Source: an uncultured Elusimicrobiales bacterium (lineage in GTDB: Bacteria; Elusimicrobiota; Elusimicrobia; Elusimicrobiales; Elusimicrobiaceae). From it: a stretch of DNA of 64,000 bases. Every line of letters starts with the position of its first letter. Position 1 is the stretch's first letter. Positions 28,299 through 37,249 of the stretch are shown piece after piece. The translations under genes and the position numbers were made by a program. The notes under the pieces are model-generated. The model was not told the origin of the DNA. It did not search any database and worked only from the letters and a program-made list of their open reading frames with translations. The stretch spans positions 1,283 through 65,282 of the forward strand of contig CALVFA010000012.1 in the NCBI GenBank assembly GCA_944326725.1. The letters are read 5' to 3'.

Positions 28299-29317
28299 TG
28301 ACCTTTTTCCCGAAAACCAACATTGATTTCCTTAAATACAGGAAAGTATATTTCACCATTTCGGCGCTTATCTTTGTGGTAGGTATTTACTTGTTTGCCA
28401 CCAAAGGGCTGAACATGGGTGTGGATTTTACCGGCGGCACCATGGTGCAGGTAAAATTTGAACAAACCGTAGACATGGCTAAAGTGCGCGAAGCGCTGAC
28501 CCAAACGGGTAGCGAATCGGAACTGCAGTCTTACGGAGATAACACCTACGCCGTGCGCGAAAAAGGTACCGAAGGCAATATTGACGAAGTGCAGGCGCGG
28601 GTAGAAAAAGCGTTAGACACGCTCAATGTGCCTTATGTAGTACAGCAGACCAACTTCGTAGGGCCTTCCGTAGGCCAAGACATGACAGAGCGCGCCGTAT
28701 GGGCTATCATCTTGTCTTTGGTGTTTATCATCATCTATGTAGCGTTTCGCTTCAGCAACATTCTGTGGGGCACCTCGGGCGTTATCGCCTTGTTCCACGA
28801 TTTGTTTGTAATGGCAGTAGCATTTGCCATTACGCAGCGCGAAATTGACCTGGTGGTAGTGGCGGCATTTTTAACGGTAGCCGGTTTTTCTATTAACGAC
28901 ACCATCGTTATTTTTGACCGTATCCGCGAAAATATGCGCCTGCACCCGCGGGCTTCGCTGGGAGAGCTTATTAACCTCTCTATCAACGAAACCCTCTCCC
29001 GTACAGTAATCACATCTATTACTGTGGTGGGCTCGCTGTTTATTCTGTATTTCTTTGGCGGAGAAGCATTGAATTCCTTCTCCTTTGCTATGTTGGTGGG
29101 TTGTATCTGTGGTTTCTACACCACAGTTGCACTGACCACCCCGCTGGTGTATGTGTGGACGCACGGCGGTGAAAGCAGAGAAACGACCCCGGCGGCGGCT
29201 CCCTCCCGCAAAGCGGCAGAAGCTCCTAAAGTGCAAAAAGAAGAGCACCCGGCCCCGGCCCAAGCAGCAGGCCCGTCTAAAAAATCCGTACGCAAAAGCC
29301 GCAGAAACAGAAGATAA
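28295..29317 (+). CDS. secF: Protein translocase subunit SecF
   Basis: GVDFTGG, VGPSVG, GFSINDTIVIFDRIREN, TLSRT. Confidence 0.97.
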   Translation: MMTFFPKTNIDFLKYRKVYFTISALIFVVGIYLFATKGLNMGVDFTGGTMVQVKFEQTVDMAKVREALTQTGSESELQSYGDNTYAVREKGTEGNIDEVQARVEKALDTLNVPYVVQQTNFVGPSVGQDMTERAVWAIILSLVFIIIYVAFRFSNILWGTSGVIALFHDLFVMAVAFAITQREIDLVVVAAFLTVAGFSINDTIVIFDRIRENMRLHPRASLGELINLSINETLSRTVITSITVVGSLFILYFFGGEALNSFSFAMLVGCICGFYTTVALTTPLVYVWTHGGESRETTPAAAPSRKAAEAPKVQKEEHPAPAQAAGPSKKSVRKSRRNRR

Positions 29318-29440
29318 GTTTTAAAAGCCGGGCGCGTTACCCCGCGCCCGGCTTTTTAGCTTGAGCCGTTTAACGGTAGACTTTTTTTATGAGTCCTTTT
29401 CTCTGAAAGGATTGATAAAAAAAGTTATTTCAATAATGCT

Positions 29441-30070
29441 ATGAGAAAAATCAAACGCTTTAAAATCAGCACCCGCCAAAAAGACATCACCCGCAAAGTA
29501 TTGCGCTTAGGGTTGGATTTGCCCGCCGCCGGATTAAACGGCGAGCTGGAGCTGGCGCGCTTTGTGCTGGAGCTGGCCGCCCAGCTGGACCCGGGCACCG
29601 TTTATGAGCTCAATGAAAACGCTTTATGGGACTTAGGCGATGAAACCGTAGCAGCAGAAGGCATGTTCAGCGCGTGCGCCGTTACGTTGGGGGCGCAGGC
29701 GGCCCAATATGTACAAACTTTAGAAGGCACCAAACAGCTGGTCGCCTATACTATTTTATTTGAGTTTTTGCGTACCGCCGTTTTGTTTGTGACCGACCTA
29801 GTTAAAGAGCAGGCGGAAAAAGAAGAATACGAAGCGCTGGAGCCGCAGTTTGTCTATGTGCCCAAGCTGGGCCTGGCGCCGGAGCCGAAACTGTTTAAAG
29901 AGGCACCCCGCACCGATGAACAGACCGCCACTAAAATTTTGCCCCAGTTGCTGGCACGGGTTCAATCCGATAAAATAGAAGTGTCGCTGGACGGGGCTGT
30001 TATCCAGCCGCTGGCAAGCACCGTATTTATTATTCCCTGGCAGAAGAAAAAACGCAAAGGAAAAAAATAA
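29441..30070 (+). CDS. Hypothetical protein (weak resemblance to stand-alone MetH reactivation domain)
   Basis: ACAVTLG and IQPLAS-type segments; family call tentative. Confidence 0.55.
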   Translation: MRKIKRFKISTRQKDITRKVLRLGLDLPAAGLNGELELARFVLELAAQLDPGTVYELNENALWDLGDETVAAEGMFSACAVTLGAQAAQYVQTLEGTKQLVAYTILFEFLRTAVLFVTDLVKEQAEKEEYEALEPQFVYVPKLGLAPEPKLFKEAPRTDEQTATKILPQLLARVQSDKIEVSLDGAVIQPLASTVFIIPWQKKKRKGKK

Positions 30071-30762
30071 TGCCAAAACCAACTTCTCTTGAAAAGAAAA
30101 AAGTTTCCTGGAAACATGTCCTCGGCTCTGCCGCCATTTATTGGTACACCCTGTTTTTGGGCTGGACGACGCGCATATACTGGTTTAAGACAGAAGAATT
30201 TCTTCAAATGGAAAAAGAGGGCAAAAACTTCATTTACGCCATTTGGCATAACCAACAGCTCTTTTTGCTCTATCCCTACCGCGGGCAAAAAATATGTTCT
30301 CTTATCAGTTTAAGTGATGACGGGGAATACATCGCCCGCGTTTTGCCCAAGTTTGGCATGAAAGCCGTGCGCGGCAGCACCACCCGCGGCGGAGCGCGTG
30401 CGCTGATTAAGCTGATGAATATTGCCGAAGCGGGCTACCACCCCATGCTCACGCCCGACGGCCCCCGCGGTCCCATTTACCAGGTGCAGCAAGGCATTTT
30501 ATTTTTGGCCAAAAAAACGGGTCTGCCCATTATTCCGGTAGGTACGGCGCTGAGTCATAAATTTAAAGTAGGCTCTTGGGACAAAATGCGCGTTCCACTG
30601 CCCTTTGGCAGCACCGCGCTGACCTATGGGAAAGCCATCCACGTCACGGAAGAAAGCGACATGGACGCCGTAGCGGCTGAATTAAAAGCGGAATTAGACA
30701 AAGTAACTGACCATTCAGAGCGGTTTATTAATAAAAAGCCCTTTGACAATACCCAAGCATAA
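30070..30762 (+). CDS. DUF374 lysophospholipid-acyltransferase-family protein
   Basis: AIWH, SDDGE, VRGSTTRGG, TPDGPRGP, WDKMRVPLPF. Confidence 0.9.
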   Translation: MPKPTSLEKKKVSWKHVLGSAAIYWYTLFLGWTTRIYWFKTEEFLQMEKEGKNFIYAIWHNQQLFLLYPYRGQKICSLISLSDDGEYIARVLPKFGMKAVRGSTTRGGARALIKLMNIAEAGYHPMLTPDGPRGPIYQVQQGILFLAKKTGLPIIPVGTALSHKFKVGSWDKMRVPLPFGSTALTYGKAIHVTEESDMDAVAAELKAELDKVTDHSERFINKKPFDNTQA

Positions 30763-30914
30763 CTTCTTTTTGGTCAGGCTGGATTTTCCATATAAAAAGC
30801 CCCGTCTAATACGGGGCTTTTCACCCAAAAAATAATATTTAGTTGCTTTCCATTAATAAACGGCCTTTAGAAAAAGAAACACTTCTGCTTTCTTTTTTCC
30901 ATATTACTGCCGTA

Positions 30915-31517
30915 TTAATCCATTGGGTAGCGGCAGCCATAGGTGCCGCAATTATCCGGCTCCCGCCCGGATACCGCCCGGCAAATTTTCTTCGCTAGTT
31001 CCCTCGTGGTTTCATTGCTAGACTCCACATTGCAATAATGTTTCCCTATCCAATGAGCCTGATGCCCTACATATGGATACCATTGATAATACAGCCCCGG
31101 CAATTTACCGGGCATTTGGAAGCGAACATGGTCCAGCGGAATACTACCCGTTCCCGACCCTACCACAATGACTTGCAAACTAGACGTTTGCGGTTTGCCT
31201 ATATCCAGTTCATCTAATGTAGTGGGGGTGTTTCCGTTTTGCATATAATAGCGCTCAAAGCTGCGCATAATGGGCTGGGCTGCGGCTTGCAACTGAGTAA
31301 AGCGGGCCTTGTACACCGCCATGCGGTACTGTGGGTATGCCACCGCTGCCAAAATACCGATAATCAACACCACCACCAAAAGTTCTACAAGCGTAAAGCC
31401 GCCCGCGCCGCGGAGGGAATGGCTTTTGGCAGGCAAAGACCTGCCCAAAAACTGCGTTAAAATGCCGCCAGAGAGGTTCTGGGCGGCTGGAATGATTTTT
31501 TGATAGATTTTGTTCAT
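30915..31517 (-). CDS. PilE-like type IV pilin (pilin 4), long leader
   Basis: G|FTLVELLVVVLIIGILAAVAYPQYRMAV; ATG at 31517. Confidence 0.92.
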   Translation of the reverse strand: MNKIYQKIIPAAQNLSGGILTQFLGRSLPAKSHSLRGAGGFTLVELLVVVLIIGILAAVAYPQYRMAVYKARFTQLQAAAQPIMRSFERYYMQNGNTPTTLDELDIGKPQTSSLQVIVVGSGTGSIPLDHVRFQMPGKLPGLYYQWYPYVGHQAHWIGKHYCNVESSNETTRELAKKICRAVSGREPDNCGTYGCRYPMD

Positions 31518-31551
31518 AAACAAAATCTATCAAAAAAAAAAAACAGTGCAA
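31496..31551 (-). promoter_or_regulatory. Pilin 4 poly-T spacer promoter (T12, 16-bp spacer) with perfect 19-bp palindrome
   Basis: TTGCAC-tg-T12-ga-TAGATT; inverted repeat 31496-31514/31519-31537. Confidence 0.75.
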
Positions 31552-31597
31552 GGCTTGTGCAATCCGCCGGCCTATTAATTAGCGGCCTTTTTCTTCT

Positions 31598-31826
31598 TCA
31601 TAAAAGAAAGGAAAACTTTTACGTCTATCGCTAAGGAAAGTATTTTTACCGGTTCTTTTTTGGTCAAGGGCAACTAGGCAAATCCCCTGAGCATACGTTG
31701 GAGCCCCAAATAGAAATATCCTCTTGCACCATAGCAGTGCCCTGTTTATCCACCCACACAGAAGAAGTAAAGTCCATTATGCGCTCTTGGACAAAAAATA
31801 CAAAAAAGAGTCCGGAAAAACAACAA
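31598..31826 (-). pseudogene. Possible remnant of a DUF2207-type membrane protein N-terminus
   Basis: Reads ...LFVFFVQERIMDFTSSVWVDKQGTAMVQEDI then decays and stops; resembles DUF2207 N-termini. Confidence 0.3.
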
Positions 31827-31839
31827 GAAGCGGGGTGTC

Positions 31840-32466
31840 TTACTCTGTTTTTAAAGCAATCAAAAGCAAATCTGCCTGCAGCGCGCCGTCCTTATAGCTT
31901 ATTTTATACGGAATCATCGCTTGCCCATAAGGGCGGTACTCTTCAAAAGACATATGCACCGTGCCAAAAGTTTTACGAATACTGGCAGAAGCGGGATAGC
32001 GTTGGTTGGGCAAGTACATATAATGCGCCGCCGGGCTGGAGCCATAAGTTACTACGCGCGCCGTTTCTTGTTCGCGGCAGGTTTGATAAGAAGACGGAGG
32101 GAATAAAAGCAAAGTCAAAAAGCTGGCCGCCTTTTCACGCACCAGCGCCCGGTCCGCCACTTCTGTCAAAAAGAGAAACTCCGCCCCCTGCGGGGTTACC
32201 TGCGCCTGCATTAATTTATATCCGCCGGCCGCGGCAAACAAAACGGCGTCATAGGTGTCAGAGGCGATTTGTTTAATTTGCAAAATGCCTTCCAACACCT
32301 CAGAACGCGCTTGCAAAACCGTTTTAAAAGCGGCTAAATGCTGTCCTTGATCAAAATAAGAAGGTCTGGGCCAATCACGCCCGTCACAAGAGGTGTTCAG
32401 CCCCAGCGAAGCACACCCACCCAGTAAACCTAAAACAGCCAACAAAACGATAAATCTATTGCGCAT
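31840..32466 (-). CDS. Hypothetical lipoprotein
   Basis: MRNRFIVLLAVLGLLGGC lipobox. Confidence 0.75.
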   Translation of the reverse strand: MRNRFIVLLAVLGLLGGCASLGLNTSCDGRDWPRPSYFDQGQHLAAFKTVLQARSEVLEGILQIKQIASDTYDAVLFAAAGGYKLMQAQVTPQGAEFLFLTEVADRALVREKAASFLTLLLFPPSSYQTCREQETARVVTYGSSPAAHYMYLPNQRYPASASIRKTFGTVHMSFEEYRPYGQAMIPYKISYKDGALQADLLLIALKTE

Positions 32467-32520
32467 AATTTCGTTCTCCAGTCGCTGACGCAAAGCTATT
32501 AATTATTATATGATAAATAC

Positions 32521-33549
32521 ATGGACACCTTGTATCTATATCTTCTTTGTGCTCTAATTGCCTGTGCCGTTACGGCGCTGGCTTTGCCGTTTTTGCGCGT
32601 ATATGCCGGCCCGTATCTGACCGATAAACCCGGCGGCCTGAAAAAACACGCACAGGCCGTACCGGTCGTGGGCGGCTGCGCGGTATTGCTGGGCTTGGCG
32701 GCCAGCCTGATTTTTATCCGCCTGACCACCGCTTTCCCTTCCGGGACATTGCACAGCCTACGCGGGATTTTAGGGGGCGGATTGGTTATTTTTCTGCTGG
32801 GGTTAGCAGATGATTTTAAAAAACCCCGCGGTCTAAGTATTTCCATACGCCTGCTGGGGCAAACGGCAGCAGCGCTGATATTAATTGCCTATGGGGTGCA
32901 CGTTACATTATTTGATTGCGCGCCGCTTTCTTATCTGCTGACTGTATTATGGGTCATCGGTATTACCAACGCCTTTAATTTATTGGATATTTCCGACGGG
33001 CTGTGCGTCAGCCAGGCGGCGGTATGCTGTTTGGGTTTATGCGTGATAGCGCTGCCCTCGGAATTTATTTATGTCAATTTCTGCGCTTGTGCGCTTTTGG
33101 GGGCTTGCGCCGGATTTTGGCCTTACAACCACAGCGCACGCGTCAAAACCTTTTTGGGAGACAGCGGCAGCACCCTACTGGGCTTTATTATTGCCGCACT
33201 GTCTATGGGCACCGGATACAGCGAACATTCCAATCTAGGGTTCTTGGCCCCGCTGCTTATTTTAGCCGTACCGCTTTTTGACACGGGCTTTGTCTCTTTA
33301 ATGCGCCTTTGCAAAGGCAAAAACCCGCTCTGCGGCAGCAATGACCACGCCGCCTTGCGGTTAATGAAAATCGGCCTGTCCAAAAACGAAACCCTGTTGC
33401 TATTTACAGGGGCGGGCATATTTTTTAATATTTTAGCTTTCGCCGTAACCAAAATAAGCATTATTCCCGCCGCAACGGTATATTTTGTAGCGGCGCTGAT
33501 ATTGGCCATGGCGGCTTTGTTTCTTTCCCGTATACGGATAAAAGGATAG
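32521..33549 (+). CDS. WecA/TagO-like (MraY family) undecaprenyl-phosphate sugar-1-phosphate transferase
   Basis: GLADD, TNAFNLLDISDG, FLGDSGS, PLFDT, DH. Confidence 0.92.
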   Translation: MDTLYLYLLCALIACAVTALALPFLRVYAGPYLTDKPGGLKKHAQAVPVVGGCAVLLGLAASLIFIRLTTAFPSGTLHSLRGILGGGLVIFLLGLADDFKKPRGLSISIRLLGQTAAALILIAYGVHVTLFDCAPLSYLLTVLWVIGITNAFNLLDISDGLCVSQAAVCCLGLCVIALPSEFIYVNFCACALLGACAGFWPYNHSARVKTFLGDSGSTLLGFIIAALSMGTGYSEHSNLGFLAPLLILAVPLFDTGFVSLMRLCKGKNPLCGSNDHAALRLMKIGLSKNETLLLFTGAGIFFNILAFAVTKISIIPAATVYFVAALILAMAALFLSRIRIKG

Positions 33550-33577
33550 ACGGTTTAAAACTGTTATAATAGACGCT

Positions 33578-34711
33578 ATGAAAGTACTGGTATTTGGGGG
33601 CAGCTTTGACCCCGTGCACAAAGGACATGTAGCCATGCTGAAAAAGGCCTTGCAAATTATACGGCCTGACGTGGCGCATGTTGTGCCTGCATATCATTCG
33701 CCGTTTAAGGCCAAATCCCCCACCCCCTTTAAACTGCGCATGCAAATGGCCAAAGCGGCATTTGCTCCGCTGGGCAAACATATTATTTTTGACGATTATG
33801 AATTAAAACGCGGCGGCAAAACCTATTCTTACCAGCTGGTGCAATACCTGCGCCAACGTTATGAAAATCCGGATATTTATTTGCTGGTCGGCACCGACTG
33901 CCTAAACGATTTGCACGCCTGGAAAAACCCGGAATATATCTTTAAAAACGCCACCGTAGTCGCCGGCAAACGCAAGGGCTTTCCGGAGCACAAAGCCGAT
34001 TTTAAACATGTATTCTTGCCGGGTGTTTTTCCTAAAATGTCCTCCACCCGCGTGCGGGCGCATATTTTGGCCAGTGGCACAATACCGCAGGACAAGGTGC
34101 CTGAAGCGGTGGGACAGATTATATTGAAAAATGATTTGTATGGTTTGGAAGTGCACCGCTGGCTCAAAGCCCATTTAAAACCCAACCGCTATTTACATTC
34201 CGTCAAAGTGGCGGAGCAATGCTCTCTGCTTAGTGACATTTACGAAGTGCCGGCGGAAAAAGCCGTACAGGCCGGCATTTTGCATGACGCGGGGAAAGGC
34301 TTTAGCGGGGCGGAGCTGATTGCTTTCTGCAAAGACTACAAAATTAAAGTTCCCTTTTTTGACGACATCTGCCGCTTTGAACCTTCTTTATTGCATTCGT
34401 ATGTATCGGCCTGGCTGGCTAAGCATGAATTTGGCGTCAAAGACAAAGAAGTGCTAAACGCCATTTCAGAGCATACGCTGGGCAGCCTGCACATGAGCAC
34501 GCTGAGCAAAATTCTCTTTGTGGCGGATATTTCGTCCAAAGACCGCAAATACAAAGACGCTTTTGTCATACGCACTTTGGCGGTGCAGGACCTAGAAAAA
34601 GCCCTGCTCTATGCGGCTAACCGCAAGCTTTGGTTTACTATAGACAGCCAAAAATGGCTCTGCCCGGTAGGAATAGAATTATGGAATCACCTGGTAAAAT
34701 GCGCGGCTTAA
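33578..34711 (+). CDS. nadD: NadD nicotinate-nucleotide adenylyltransferase fused to YqeK HD-domain Ap4A hydrolase
   Basis: FGGSFDPVHKGH, SSTRVR; then RYLHS, AGILHDAGK, LLH, EHTLG, FVAD. Confidence 0.92.
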   Translation: MKVLVFGGSFDPVHKGHVAMLKKALQIIRPDVAHVVPAYHSPFKAKSPTPFKLRMQMAKAAFAPLGKHIIFDDYELKRGGKTYSYQLVQYLRQRYENPDIYLLVGTDCLNDLHAWKNPEYIFKNATVVAGKRKGFPEHKADFKHVFLPGVFPKMSSTRVRAHILASGTIPQDKVPEAVGQIILKNDLYGLEVHRWLKAHLKPNRYLHSVKVAEQCSLLSDIYEVPAEKAVQAGILHDAGKGFSGAELIAFCKDYKIKVPFFDDICRFEPSLLHSYVSAWLAKHEFGVKDKEVLNAISEHTLGSLHMSTLSKILFVADISSKDRKYKDAFVIRTLAVQDLEKALLYAANRKLWFTIDSQKWLCPVGIELWNHLVKCAA

Positions 34712-35604
34712 TAGAGAAGTTGCTGCTGGTGCTGCTGCTGGCCCTAACGGGCTGGGCGGCCTATGTCCAGTTTTCCTCTGTGGCAGCCCGCGCTTTGGCC
34801 AACCGGCAGGACCAGACCCTCTATATTGCCATACTGACCCAGCCGGCTATGCTATTCTCTTATAATCCCGCTTCCGGAAAAACTGTTTTAACCACTATTA
34901 ACCGCCGCAAAGCTCCAACAGATCCGGCGGAAAACGCCGACAATCTTTTCCGCACCGCTGGTGTAGAAGCGGAGCAACTTCGTTATTATATTCCCCGCAC
35001 GCTTAAGCGCAATGAATTTTGGGAAAACTTTAAATATGACCTTTCCTATTGGCGCTACAACCCCTCACTGGCGGCCCGCGCCCTGTGGGAATATATAGCC
35101 GCTTATCACGACAAACGCACCAACGTCAACCTGGCGGAATTTTTACTCTACGGCATGGATTTAACCCAAATGGAAGTGGCGGACTTTACGGTGCGCACCG
35201 CCGGGAAAAACGCTGCCGCCAAAAAATCCCGTTCCAGCAAAGTAGCAGAAGACCATATTGCCGACCCGGTGGAAGACCGCGCCCCGCTGGCGGTGGATGA
35301 CCGCCCCTTAGTAATAGAAATATTAAACGGCGCCGGCAAAAAGGGGGCCGCGCTGGAATTAACCCAATACCTGCGCAACCAAGCCCAAAAAGGCCTCTTG
35401 CAAGTGGACGTATTGCAATATGACAACTATCCGGGCCCTTTCCAACCCAAGACCCGCATTATAGACTATACCGGGCGCTTGGCGCAAATCAAGCAATTAA
35501 GTACCGCTATTGGTATTAATGTGGAAATAGAATCTGAAAAACAAGGCACCGCCATTTGTGACGTGCGCCTGATTATCGGGGAAGATTTCAAACAACCGCT
35601 CTAA
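34699..35604 (+). CDS. Membrane protein with LytR C-terminal domain
   Basis: N-terminal TM; IEILNGAGKKGAA...DVRLIIGEDF. Confidence 0.8.
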   Translation: MRGLIEKLLLVLLLALTGWAAYVQFSSVAARALANRQDQTLYIAILTQPAMLFSYNPASGKTVLTTINRRKAPTDPAENADNLFRTAGVEAEQLRYYIPRTLKRNEFWENFKYDLSYWRYNPSLAARALWEYIAAYHDKRTNVNLAEFLLYGMDLTQMEVADFTVRTAGKNAAAKKSRSSKVAEDHIADPVEDRAPLAVDDRPLVIEILNGAGKKGAALELTQYLRNQAQKGLLQVDVLQYDNYPGPFQPKTRIIDYTGRLAQIKQLSTAIGINVEIESEKQGTAICDVRLIIGEDFKQPL

Positions 35605-35684
35605 CCCTTTTTGCTTTCCGGAGCGGGCAGAGCAACTGTTTTTTACTTTCATTGCATAGAAGTGCCAGTACACTCAAGCGTTAA

Positions 35685-36281
35685 TTACATTCGGTAGCCA
35701 TTACAGCCGCCACGTCCGTCTGTACAACCATTGCAGACACAGTTTGTTGTATGTTCTATAAAATTTCCCATTGATTTAAGCACGCTGTCTCCCCGTTTAT
35801 CAGATACGCTAGCATAACATATTGTTACCCCCGGATTTTTATCAAAATAGTTGTATATTCCATTGGCAGCCTGTAAGCCCCGATAACAATAAATTCGATT
35901 TTCTACATTATCATCAGGTGGAAAAATCGTAGAGGCCACTCGGGAAGTAGTAATATAAAAGCCTCCTCCTTGTCGCAACAGACAATTGTCCATCGTTTCT
36001 GAAGTGCTCCTATAGAAACAATTGAGCCTCGGCTTCCAATCCAAATCATCAAAATTAGTGGCATACGTTCCATTGGCCATATAATATACTTCCTGTGCTT
36101 GTTGCAAAGCGGGCAAATCAAATAATACTCTCGTAATACGGCTACGCAGCACCGTTTTTTCATACTGCGGTATAGCTATTGCCGCCAAAACACCAATTAC
36201 TAGCACTACCACCAAAAGCTCTATAAGAGTAAATCCATTTTTTTTGTTTCTGACAAAACAAAGGCATAAAAAAGGTTTCAT
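35685..36281 (-). CDS. PilE-like type IV pilin (pilin 5)
   Basis: G|FTLIELLVVVLVIGVLAAIAIPQYEK, QEVYYMANGTY, Cys-rich C-terminus; SD GGAGG before ATG 36281. Confidence 0.92.
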   Translation of the reverse strand: MKPFLCLCFVRNKKNGFTLIELLVVVLVIGVLAAIAIPQYEKTVLRSRITRVLFDLPALQQAQEVYYMANGTYATNFDDLDWKPRLNCFYRSTSETMDNCLLRQGGGFYITTSRVASTIFPPDDNVENRIYCYRGLQAANGIYNYFDKNPGVTICYASVSDKRGDSVLKSMGNFIEHTTNCVCNGCTDGRGGCNGYRM

Positions 36282-36370
36282 AGTTTTCCTCCGCATCCAT
36301 TTAATGCCCCAGACGCAACCTTGGCGGGCTCTGTATAAAATCCAGCAGAAAAAAGGGCTATCCTTGCAAA

Positions 36371-36398
36371 AGTGTATCAAAAAAAAAAAATGACGCAA
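36371..36398 (-). promoter_or_regulatory. Pilin 5 poly-T spacer promoter (T12, 16-bp spacer), no palindrome
   Basis: TTGCGT-ca-T12-ga-TACACT. Confidence 0.7.
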
Positions 36399-36694
36399 GA
36401 CCCTGCGGTTTTTTAGGAATACGAGATGAAAAATATTTCTATTTTGAGATAAAATTTCCTACTAGCGTTTGAAAAAATTTCTCCATTTAATGGATTACCA
36501 CGTTTAATTTAAAAAACCACCGGCAAAAAATATTTTATGTTTCTTACGGCAGAATTTTGCTCTCATTGAAAACAGCAAAAGAGCAATTTCTCCGTCAGAT
36601 AACAAAAGTCCCTAGGCCTACCGCCTAGGGACTTTTGAGGTATTTATAAAAAAAGCCGCCCTTGCAAACAAGGGCGGCTTTTTGTGGTACTAAA

Positions 36695-36946
36695 TTATTT
36701 CTTTTTTGCTACTTTTTTCGCCGGTTTTTTGGCAGCTGCTTTTTTAGCAGGTGCTTTTTTGGCCGGTTTTTTGACGGCAGCTTTTTTCACGGCCACTTTT
36801 TTGGTGGCTTTTTTGGCGCAAGCTTTCTTGCAGGTTTTTTTAGCGCAAGCTTTCTTCGCCGGTTTCTTTACGGCAGCCTTTTTAACGGCTACTTTTTTCG
36901 CCGGTTTTTTGGCGGCGGCTTTTTTCACGGTTTTCTTAACGGCCAT
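36695..36946 (-). CDS. Histone H1-like Lys/Ala-rich protein
   Basis: KKxxx pentapeptide repeats (KKPAKKVAVKKAAVKK); SD AGGAG; terminator 36650-36684. Confidence 0.85.
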   Translation of the reverse strand: MAVKKTVKKAAAKKPAKKVAVKKAAVKKPAKKACAKKTCKKACAKKATKKVAVKKAAVKKPAKKAPAKKAAAKKPAKKVAKKK

Positions 36947-37249
36947 TTTACTCTCCTAAGATAATTAGTTTTAACCTCATAAAAATAATACCACAAAAAT
37001 TTTTAAAAATCAAATTTTTCCCGTCTAAAAATAATTTTTTTAAAAAAATCAAGCCCCCCTTTTTCTCTTCAGACATTTTGCAAAAATTTTTTCTCCGTCG
37101 GAAAATTTGTTTTTCTGTTACAGCAAACGTTTCTGAGAAAGCAAAAAAATTCTTTTTAAAAAAATCAAAAAACATTTGACAATTTTTATAAATAAATAAA
37201 AAATGCGCAGTCAATCTGCGCGTTTTAAAAAAGTTAGTATAGGCTAACT

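Noticed and set aside
25192-31517. Diversity-generating retroelement acting on pilins 2 and 4
   Set aside because: Differences involve all four bases and indels rather than adenine-only changes, and there is no reverse transcriptase in the window.
33578-34711. NadD-YqeK fusion as a novelty
   Set aside because: These genes are usually adjacent and fusions are known in other bacteria.
36662-36964. Plus-strand Phe/Ala-rich ORFs
   Set aside because: Antisense shadows of the Lys/Ala-rich H1-like gene, which has the SD and terminator.
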